A stretch of 10,521 nucleotides of DNA from Thermoproteota archaeon. GTDB lineage: Archaea; Thermoproteota; Thermoprotei; Gearchaeales; Gearchaeaceae. Made by a program: the position numbers and the translations under genes. This document shows, piece after piece, positions 1 to 6,823 of the stretch. Each line of letters begins with the position of its first letter. Position 1 is the first letter of the stretch. The notes under the pieces are model-generated. The model saw nothing but the letters and a program-made list of their open reading frames with translations, was not told where the DNA came from and made no database searches. The stretch spans positions 1-10,521 of the forward strand of contig JAVVGF010000013.1 of NCBI GenBank assembly GCA_032249235.1. Direction: 5' to 3'.

Positions 1-515
1 CAGCAATTGCTTTGGTGTTTTCTTCAGTTCTTGATCTTAGCTCAACAATAGCTTTTGTATTCTCTTCAGTTCTAGCTCTTAACTCAATTATAGCTTTTGT
101 GTTTTCTTCAGCTATCATTCTTAGTTCGGCAATTGCTTTGGTGTTTTCCTCAGTTCTTGATCTTAGTTCTGCAATTGCCAATCTCAATTCAGCAATTGCT
201 TTGGTGTTTTCTTCAGTTCTTGATCTTAGTTCTTCAATGGTTTTTCTTAGTTCGGCAATAGCTTTGGTATTCTCCTCAGTTCTAGATTTTAGCTCGGCTA
301 TTGCCAATCTCAATTCAGCAATTGCTTTGGTGTTTTCTTCAGTTCTTGATCTTAGCTCAACAATAGCTTTGGTATTCTCTTCGGTTATCGATCTTAATTC
401 TGCGATAGAAGATTTCAGTTCGGCAATAGCTTTGGTATTCTCCTCAGTTCTAGATTTTAGCTCGGCTATTGCCAATCTCAATTCAGCAATTGCTTTGGTG
501 TTTTCCTCAGTTCTA
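1..515. repeat. Coding tandem repeat array of 42-nt and 63-nt units (14 and 21 aa)
   Basis: Ten copies of EENTKAI. Bases 249-337 are identical to 417-505 (89 bp, offset 168), and 1-55 are identical to 316-370. Confidence 0.95.
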
Positions 516-643
516 ACCTTAAGCTCACTAAGTGCTCTAGATATGTCCTTTAAAGATTCTAAAATAGGCTTAAATAGTATCTCTACCTCTGCTTTTATTA
601 ACTCCTGGATTGTGTGTATATCTTCTTTTGTAAGGGGGCTCAC
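1..643 (-). CDS. Heptad-repeat coiled-coil protein, 5' part only (runs off the left edge); possibly the N-terminal stalk of a DUF3782/PD-(D/E)XK-type archaeal protein
   Basis: Manual translation from GTG at 643, with an in-frame TAA four codons upstream: MSPLTKEDIHTIQELIKAEVEILFKPILESLKDISRALSELKVRTEENTKAIAELRLAIAELKSRTEENTKAIAELK... The frame stays open to base 1. A TATA-like TTTATTAAA lies at ~667-675 on the minus strand. The C-terminal domain is not visible. Confidence 0.9.
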   Translation of the reverse strand, partial: MSPLTKEDIHTIQELIKAEVEILFKPILESLKDISRALSELKVRTEENTKAIAELRLAIAELKSRTEENTKAIAELKSSIAELRSITEENTKAIVELRSRTEENTKAIAELRLAIAELKSRTEENTKAIAELRKTIEELRSRTEENTKAIAELRLAIAELRSRTEENTKAIAELRMIAEENTKAIIELRARTEENTKAIVELRSRTEENTKAIA

Positions 644-745
644 CTTAGTAATTTAAGGGCTAAGTATTTAATAAAGCTACAAGAATTATGTTAGCTATAC
701 TATCGAAAAATTGAGAAAATTATTCTTTGCCCTGATCTTTAAACA

Positions 746-1525
746 TTATTTCTTTTTCTTCTTTAAGGTATCTATTATTTCTGAAATCTTTGTGTTAACT
801 TGATTAACAATGAGATCTTTTTTATTTTTATCGTTTATCATGAAAATTAATAATGCTTCAATAGAGGTTGGACTTTTACTTTTAATATTTATGATAGGTT
901 GAAAATGCTCATCTAAAAAATGCTTAATTTTAAACATATATTTCATTAATAAATTCTCAAATTCTGCAAAGTTAATATCGCTACTTAAGACAATTGGAAT
1001 CGTTACTTTTTTCCATGCAGTAGGAGATAAATTCACACTGATTTCCTTCATGAAAATTGAATTAGGTATGCTTATCATTTCCCCTTTTTCATTCAATAAA
1101 ATCGTAGCTATTGGATTAATTTCTATGACTTCGCCTTCATAATTCCCTACTCTAATTATATCGCCTCTGTTGAATGGTATATACGCATCTGAGAAATATT
1201 TACCAACAAGGTTTTCTAGAACATGCCTCATGGACATTATAGCCCCAATTCCTGCAAGAGCGACAACTAATAACAATATTTCTAGATTTAAACCAACTTG
1301 AGAAAGTGCAATTAAAGAACCTAATATCCAAATAAATATGCCAACTACCCTTCTTATGCTAGCAGAAACTGCAGGAAAAGTACCAGAAAGCAATTGCTTA
1401 AGTATTTTATCTATGATTATAACAATTAACCATGTAGCAACTATTATCACAAAGAAAATAATTAATTTATATATTATATCTAAAGGGATATATTGAAATA
1501 CATTTAAATCTAGAAAAATTTTCAT
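746..1525 (-). CDS. mscS: Small-conductance mechanosensitive channel (MscS family)
   Basis: Three N-terminal hydrophobic helices with a G/A-rich TM3 (VVALAGIGAIMSMRHVLENLVG), then the MscS beta-domain signature PFNRGDIIRVGNYEGEVIEINPIATILLNEKGEMISIPNS. The start overlaps the upstream stop (ATGA, 1522-1525). Confidence 0.92.
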   Translation of the reverse strand: MKIFLDLNVFQYIPLDIIYKLIIFFVIIVATWLIVIIIDKILKQLLSGTFPAVSASIRRVVGIFIWILGSLIALSQVGLNLEILLLVVALAGIGAIMSMRHVLENLVGKYFSDAYIPFNRGDIIRVGNYEGEVIEINPIATILLNEKGEMISIPNSIFMKEISVNLSPTAWKKVTIPIVLSSDINFAEFENLLMKYMFKIKHFLDEHFQPIINIKSKSPTSIEALLIFMINDKNKKDLIVNQVNTKISEIIDTLKKKKK

Positions 1526-2865
1526 AAAAATGATGAAATTATTTCTATTTCTTTTTTCAATCCTTCTTCAATTGTGCATAATTGAGCAGTTTTATATCCT
1601 TCTTCTCCTAATCTTCTTGCCTTCTCTTCATTTGTTAGTAGATCAATTGCCTTTTCAGCTATTTCATTATAATCATAAGGATTTATTATGTATCCGTTTT
1701 CTCCTTCTTTAATTAACTCAGAAATCCCTGCGCTTTTACTTACAATTACTGGCCTCTTGAACAACCATGCTTCAACAACAACGAGACCAAATCCTTCAAG
1801 GATAGAAGGAAGAATGAAGAGATCTGCTCTTGAATAAGCTGCGTTTAACATTTTTTGGTCTAGATAACCTGTAATTACAACTTTTTCTTTTAGACCAAGC
1901 TCATTAGCAAGCTCTATTATTGTATTTCTAACGACATCTGCCTTAGACAATCCCAAACCTTGTCTGGAACTTGAAAAACTACCATCACCTACAAAGATCA
2001 ATTTTGCATCCACACTCTTCCTTATTTCCTTCAAAGCTCTTACCAAAATAGGTTGATTCTTAGCATAATCAAGCCTTGCTACGCAAAGAATAATTTTTTC
2101 ATCTTTTTTTATGTTGTATTTGGAACAAAATTCCCTTAAAATTACTTCTTCAGGATTTTTGTAAATTTTAGGATCTATATAAGGATAAGAAACGAAGCAT
2201 TTGCCATTATAGCCTAGATTTTTTAGATTCTTTAAATAATCTCTTGTACTAACTATGATACCATCATAACTATTAAGATATATTGAAAGATTTGTCCTCC
2301 ATTCAGAAGGGAGCATTTCTTCATAAAAAGGTATGTGCCATCTGAATAATTTTGGTTTCAAAGAACCTAACATGTTACCTATATTTAGTTGCTGAAAATC
2401 ATGTATGTAAAAAATATCAAAGTCTAATTTCTTATCAAGCTCCAAAATTCTTTCCGCAACAATACGATTATAATAAACAAAATCTGCAAATTCTTCTCTC
2501 CAAATATTTTCGATAATCTTTTCCTTTTTCTCGAGCTTATGGAAAAATTTCCATAATTCCTCTTTGATAAAGCTATAATTTTTCAATATTGGCTCTGGTA
2601 TCATGATGTGATTCAAAAAAATCTTACCCATTGATACTAGCTCTGGAGCATTAACATTAAGAGAGACCCAATAAGCTTCATCGAAATAATTCCGATTTAT
2701 TAAAGATTCCAATAGAGGCAAAACCATTCTAACAACACCGCCTGTAGAAATCGTATAATCTATACCTTCGCTGAAGAAGTTCAAATCAACTTTGATAGAA
2801 GACGGTCCTTTATAATTTATGAATCTGATTGGAGGAGATTGAGTATTAACTAGAATGCGTTTCAT
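1522..2865 (-). CDS. GT4 (GT-B) glycosyltransferase of the archaeal trehalose-synthesis-associated type
   Basis: C-terminal GT4 motifs CVARLDYAKN and PSILEGFGLVVVEAW. N-terminal TGGVV, IHDFQQL and FRWHIPF resemble OtsA/TreT acceptor-side motifs (HDYHL...HIPF). ATG 2865 is preferred over TTG 2871 from TATA spacing. Confidence 0.88.
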   Translation of the reverse strand: MKRILVNTQSPPIRFINYKGPSSIKVDLNFFSEGIDYTISTGGVVRMVLPLLESLINRNYFDEAYWVSLNVNAPELVSMGKIFLNHIMIPEPILKNYSFIKEELWKFFHKLEKKEKIIENIWREEFADFVYYNRIVAERILELDKKLDFDIFYIHDFQQLNIGNMLGSLKPKLFRWHIPFYEEMLPSEWRTNLSIYLNSYDGIIVSTRDYLKNLKNLGYNGKCFVSYPYIDPKIYKNPEEVILREFCSKYNIKKDEKIILCVARLDYAKNQPILVRALKEIRKSVDAKLIFVGDGSFSSSRQGLGLSKADVVRNTIIELANELGLKEKVVITGYLDQKMLNAAYSRADLFILPSILEGFGLVVVEAWLFKRPVIVSKSAGISELIKEGENGYIINPYDYNEIAEKAIDLLTNEEKARRLGEEGYKTAQLCTIEEGLKKEIEIISSFL

Positions 2866-2888
2866 AAACAAAATTATTCTTCGACTAC

Positions 2889-2896
2889 TTATTAAA
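2889..2896 (-). promoter_or_regulatory. TATA box for the GT4-mscS operon
   Basis: TTTAATAA on the minus strand, 24-31 nt upstream of ATG 2865. Confidence 0.6.
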
Positions 2897-2902
2897 TTTG
2901 CT

Positions 2903-2958
2903 TACTCAGAAGACCGTCGTCTCCTCATCTTTCAGACATCGGCTTTTTCATCATCGTC
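2903..2958 (-). ncRNA. Archaeal box C/D 2'-O-methylation guide sRNA
   Basis: Minus strand reads C box ATGATGA (2954-2948), 12-nt guide AAAAGCCGATGT, D' box CTGA (2935-2932), AAG, C' box ATGAGGA (2928-2922), 12-nt guide GACGACGGTCTT, D box CTGA (2909-2906). The 12-nt spacing is canonical, the element is a GC-richer island in an AT-rich gap, and the D guide is complementary to conserved 23S rRNA AGACCGUCGU. RNA ends are approximate. Confidence 0.93.
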
Positions 2959-2960
2959 AA

Positions 2961-2990
2961 TTTATACATAATTAAATAAATATTTCTTTT
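2961..2990. promoter_or_regulatory. Probable back-to-back promoter region for the sRNA (-) and the TauE gene (+)
   Basis: TTAAATAAA at 2972-2980 is ~26-34 nt before ATG 3006. On the minus strand, AAAAGAAATATTTATTTAAT lies just upstream of the sRNA C box. Confidence 0.45.
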
Positions 2991-3005
2991 TATCTAGATG
3001 ATGAT

Positions 3006-3866
3006 ATGTTCGATCCTTTAACTCTTTTAATAATACTTATACTAATCAGTTTCATCTCAGGATTATTTGGCTCTTTGACAGGGCTTGGAGGTGCAGCATT
3101 TCTCATTCCTTTTTACACTTTACTTCTCGGAATACCTTTAAGATACGCGGCAGGAGCAAGTTTAATATCTACAATTGCTACTTCAAGTGGTGCAGGTAGC
3201 GCATATGTAAGAGATAGAATTACAAATGTTAAAATAGCGATGAGTTTAGAAATAGGAACTACGTTGGGTTCAATAATAGGAGCCTTGACTGCTGCATATA
3301 TTTATTCACATTCAATGGATATGATAGTTTTTATTTTATTCGGCTCTTTCCTAATTTCTCAAGTTTACATTCAGATAAGCAGATCAAGGACTGAATTGCC
3401 AAAAGATTTGCCCGAAGATAAGACTACTAAAATCTTTCAATTATATGGTAAATATTATGATAAGGCTTTGAAAAAAGAAATAATTTACCATGGTATTAGA
3501 TGGTGGTTAGGCGCTTCGATAATGTTCATTGCAGGATTCTTTTCAGGATTGCTAGGAATTGGAGGAGGAGCCTTAAAGGTTTTAGCCATGGATTGGGCTA
3601 TGAACTTGCCTATGAAAGTTAGCACAACAACTAGCAATTTTATGATAGGTGTTACAGCAGCGACAGGAAGCTCAATATTTTGGATCTTTGGTTATATTCA
3701 GCCTATTCTTGCAGGAGCCACTGCAATTGGAGTTCTATTAGGTTCTTTTTTAGGTTCAAAACTACTTGTCAGGATAACGAATAGAACTGTTAGATACATA
3801 TTTTCTTCGTTACTCATAATCTTAGGAATTGAAATGATATTAAAAGGCTTAGGTTATGGAATTTGA
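3006..3866 (+). CDS. TauE/SafE (TSUP) family permease
   Basis: About 8 TM helices in two repeats, each with the family motif (GSLTGLGGAAFLIP; SGLLGIGGGALKV), plus MNLPMKVSTTTSNFMIGVTAA. Confidence 0.92.
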   Translation: MFDPLTLLIILILISFISGLFGSLTGLGGAAFLIPFYTLLLGIPLRYAAGASLISTIATSSGAGSAYVRDRITNVKIAMSLEIGTTLGSIIGALTAAYIYSHSMDMIVFILFGSFLISQVYIQISRSRTELPKDLPEDKTTKIFQLYGKYYDKALKKEIIYHGIRWWLGASIMFIAGFFSGLLGIGGGALKVLAMDWAMNLPMKVSTTTSNFMIGVTAATGSSIFWIFGYIQPILAGATAIGVLLGSFLGSKLLVRITNRTVRYIFSSLLIILGIEMILKGLGYGI

Positions 3867-4233
3867 AGATATAATTGGATATAGCTTGAGAATAGGCGTC
3901 ATATTATCTATTTTATTCCTGATAACAGGTCTATCATTAATTTTCATTAGTGGTCAAGAAAACTTATTTCAAGAATTGATTAATTTGAATTCAAATCTTA
4001 ATAGCAAAAATTTCAGTATAGAAATGATTATAAGCAACTTAATAAGCTTAGGTGGAATTGGCTTTATTTATTTTGGATTAATAATATTGATAGCTACGCC
4101 TATTTCAAGAGTATTCTTAGGAATTTTGCAATTCTATAAAGAAAGAAATTGGATCTATTTTATAATAACTTCAATTGTATTTTTTAACATACTATTTTCA
4201 ATATTCTTTATACCTTATTTAATTAGTCTATAA
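3856..4233 (+). CDS. DUF1634-like small membrane protein, usual partner of this TauE subfamily
   Basis: Three TM segments with IGYSLRIGVILS and GLIILIATPISRV motifs. It overlaps the TauE stop by 11 nt. Confidence 0.85.
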   Translation: MEFEDIIGYSLRIGVILSILFLITGLSLIFISGQENLFQELINLNSNLNSKNFSIEMIISNLISLGGIGFIYFGLIILIATPISRVFLGILQFYKERNWIYFIITSIVFFNILFSIFFIPYLISL

Positions 4234-4777
4234 TAATCTTATTTTCTAAAAGTTTCATTAATTTTTCTTTAATAACTACGTATATGGATTTCTCAGGCAA
4301 ATAAGCTTCATACTTTATTTTTTTATTATTATAAAATATTTCCAATTTTATTTCAAAATCATCTCTTGTAAAAGATACTTTTCCTAATTCTTTAATTTTA
4401 ATTTGATTTAATTTATCATATTTTACTATAGGATTTAATTTAAATTTTATTTTATTATTTTTTAATATATTTTCTAGATCATTTATTTCTAGCAATTTAC
4501 CGTAATAAATCTTGTTTAATTTATCAGAATAACCAGTAACTTCATAAAATAAAGTATTGATTGTCCCCCAAAATATATCGCTTAATAAATCGTAACCGAA
4601 CGAACCTCCTTTGAATGGCAAAGTCTTTGCTTGCCAATTTGTCTCGAATTCTACAAGCGTATCTTCTGTGAAAGCTAAAAAACATCTTAGATAGCCGCCT
4701 CCTAAAGTTTTCCATGAGAATACATACTTCCAAGCATCAAGCATTGTTTCAATTTTTTTATTTTTAATTCCTTCCAC
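4223..4777 (-). CDS. Hypothetical protein, possibly PH-like fold
   Basis: 184-aa ORF with a GTG start and TTTAATAA at 4800-4807 (minus strand) at promoter distance. The 3' end overlaps the convergent DUF1634 gene by 11 nt. Confidence 0.75.
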   Translation of the reverse strand: MEGIKNKKIETMLDAWKYVFSWKTLGGGYLRCFLAFTEDTLVEFETNWQAKTLPFKGGSFGYDLLSDIFWGTINTLFYEVTGYSDKLNKIYYGKLLEINDLENILKNNKIKFKLNPIVKYDKLNQIKIKELGKVSFTRDDFEIKLEIFYNNKKIKYEAYLPEKSIYVVIKEKLMKLLENKIIID

Positions 4778-4826
4778 GTTAAAGATTTAAAATGAGATAT
4801 TATTAAATTTCAAAAAGCATCTATTT

Positions 4827-5354
4827 TCAACTTATGGTTTTTATCATCTCATTTAATTCTTTTAGACTATTCTCTAATTTCTCATCCATAAGTTCACTAA
4901 AGAATACTCTAATATTCTTTGATAGAAAATCGATCACAGTCATTATGTCTTTTCTAACTTCTTCTTCATTTCTATAACTTACTAAATTTGGGTCGAATCC
5001 ATTATAAGAGAAAGAATGAAGCTCGAGTATAACTCTGACTGGAAAAGATACATTATAACCAATCTTCTCAAGATCGTAGGATATTCCTATGATTCCTCTG
5101 GTAGGTGCTGAATATCCAATTCTCTTATGCCACTCAACTTCTTTTTCTGTCTTATCTTGAATAATTTTATCAAGATTTTTTACAACCAATCCGCTTACCA
5201 CAGCCTTAACAGCTAAGAATGCCTTTGAAGCAGCATCAGTTAGCAAACCTTTTTTAAGCATCTCAATTGATAGCTTAGCCTCAATTAATCCTTCAAGGAT
5301 CTTTGCATAAACATAATTCTTTGGATCTTTTTTGTAATCTAATACCTCATGCAC
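4827..5354 (-). CDS. PaREP1 family (HEPN-like) protein
   Basis: YVYAKILEGLIEAKLSIEMLKKGLLTDAASKAFLAVKAVVS and LELHSFSYNGFDP...YRNEEEVRKDI match the pattern of crenarchaeal PaREP1 proteins. A TATA-like TTTTTATT lies at ~5376-5383. Confidence 0.85.
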   Translation of the reverse strand: MHEVLDYKKDPKNYVYAKILEGLIEAKLSIEMLKKGLLTDAASKAFLAVKAVVSGLVVKNLDKIIQDKTEKEVEWHKRIGYSAPTRGIIGISYDLEKIGYNVSFPVRVILELHSFSYNGFDPNLVSYRNEEEVRKDIMTVIDFLSKNIRVFFSELMDEKLENSLKELNEMIKTIS

Positions 5355-5422
5355 AAGATAAATCAGTATGTAAGAATAAAAAACTAGACTTTCTAAAATT
5401 TTTCATCTAAATAGTGAGAATT

Positions 5423-5446
5423 AAAGAAAAAACAAAATACAAAAAG
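5423..5446 (-). terminator. Oligo-T archaeal terminator after the GT2 gene
   Basis: Minus strand CTTTTTGTATTTTGTTTTTTCTTT about 30 nt after the stop at 5474. Confidence 0.55.
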
Positions 5447-5473
5447 TAAATTAGTTTATGAATAATTTTTATC

Positions 5474-6823
5474 TTATTTAGCTGGCGAAGAAGTAACCTT
5501 CTCGCTAACAAAGCCTTTTACACCTCTACCAGGATGTTCAGTTTTCTCCCACATTATTGGCTTGGTTATTTCTTGATACAAAGCTCTCAATGCTGCAAGA
5601 GGCATTAAAACATTCATGTAAACGATCATAAAAGGTATATATTTGTAATTTTTCTTACCTATCCCTTCTATAGCGGCTCCATATAACCATGCAAAATAAT
5701 AAATTACATTGAAAATTAGAGGGGCAATTGCAAAAAAGGGAAAAGTATTAGAGAGAATACTAGTTGGAATTATCTTATAAAATTCTAATATCCAAATAAT
5801 GGTCAAAGTATAAGCAACCCAATTTAGCATTACTGCAAAAGGAGCAATAAGCATAAGTATCATGCTCAATAAGTTGAGATAACCTATTCTTTTTGCAGTT
5901 CTAGGCCTAAAGAATACTGGTAAATATTTCCATAAAGTCTGTAACCATCCACGGAACCATCGAGATCTCTGCCTTAACCAAGCCTTAAAAGTAACAGGAG
6001 CTTCTTCCCATTGCCTTGCATCAATAACAGTAAATTTTGCTTTAGCTATATTGAATCTTACTGTCAATTCTGCATCTTCTGTTAAGTTTATCGAATCCCA
6101 TCCTCCGACTTCTTTGATAATAGGTCTTCTGAAGTAGTTACCAGTACCTCCTAAAGGAGTGAATAATTTCAAATGACTTCTTCCATTCAAAAAAATTCTG
6201 AACCATCCTGCATATTCCATTGCAAATACTCTAGTAATCCAAGAATCTTCATAATTTCCAATTCTTAATATTGTCTGAACGTAATCATAACCGTGTTGCA
6301 TTATTGCGGATGCTACTTTAAAGAAAATGTCGCGATCCAAAATATCTTCAACATCAACGATACCTATTATATCTCCAGTTGTAATATGGAAAACATCATT
6401 AAGCGCACTGGGTTTTGTTAAAAAATATCTCTTTCTTCTAACCAAAATAACACCTGGATATTTTTGTTGTAGCCAAAAGGCTATTCTCTCGCTAACTTCA
6501 TCCTCAGTTACAACAACAACTTCTTTTTTATCTAAGGGATAATAGACATGATTGATCACGACATCTATAGTTCTGCTCAATATTTGCTCATTTCTTGCTG
6601 GAATTATAACAGATATTTTCGGTAAATAATTTAAATCTAGCTTAGGATTAAAAGGTTTTTTTGAACCAAAATAAATCATTATTATATGGTAAATTCCCCA
6701 AATTGTATAAAAAATAACTAAAAAATAAGCAAGAAATAATATAAATGGTCTTTGATAAAATAATAGCAATAAAACTATTAATATAATGAATGAAATAAAT
6801 ATAAAAAATCTTTTTTTATTCAC
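5474..6823 (-). CDS. Processive membrane GT2 glycosyltransferase (cellulose synthase/PgaC/NfrB-like polysaccharide synthase)
   Basis: N-terminal TM helices; IIPARNE, TKPSALN, IVDVED, PLGGTGNYFR, GGWDSINLTED and LRQRSRW (D,D,D,QxxRW set); C-terminal TM helices and WEKTEH. GTG start overlaps the upstream stop by 8 nt. Confidence 0.92.
   Translation of the reverse strand: MNKKRFFIFISFIILIVLLLLFYQRPFILFLAYFLVIFYTIWGIYHIIMIYFGSKKPFNPKLDLNYLPKISVIIPARNEQILSRTIDVVINHVYYPLDKKEVVVVTEDEVSERIAFWLQQKYPGVILVRRKRYFLTKPSALNDVFHITTGDIIGIVDVEDILDRDIFFKVASAIMQHGYDYVQTILRIGNYEDSWITRVFAMEYAGWFRIFLNGRSHLKLFTPLGGTGNYFRRPIIKEVGGWDSINLTEDAELTVRFNIAKAKFTVIDARQWEEAPVTFKAWLRQRSRWFRGWLQTLWKYLPVFFRPRTAKRIGYLNLLSMILMLIAPFAVMLNWVAYTLTIIWILEFYKIIPTSILSNTFPFFAIAPLIFNVIYYFAWLYGAAIEGIGKKNYKYIPFMIVYMNVLMPLAALRALYQEITKPIMWEKTEHPGRGVKGFVSEKVTSSPAK

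Noticed and set aside
1-515. Repeats as a CRISPR array
   Set aside because: Units are in-frame multiples of 21 nt with synonymous variation and no unique spacers.
12-656. 214-aa + strand ORF (S/A/L/V/F-rich)
   Set aside because: It is the antisense shadow of the E/K/R-rich repeat gene. The minus frame has a start, a TATA box and a sensible coiled-coil sequence.
1530-1712. 60-aa + strand ORF
   Set aside because: It lies entirely antisense within the GT4 gene.
2998-3004. Second C-box-like ATGATGA on the + strand
   Set aside because: No CTGA D'/D boxes at suitable spacing, and it directly precedes the TauE start.
4542-4733. 63-aa minus-strand ORF
   Set aside because: It is an alternative frame nested in the 184-aa ORF with no independent support.
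6327-6542. 71-aa + strand ORF
   Set aside because: It is antisense within the GT2 gene.
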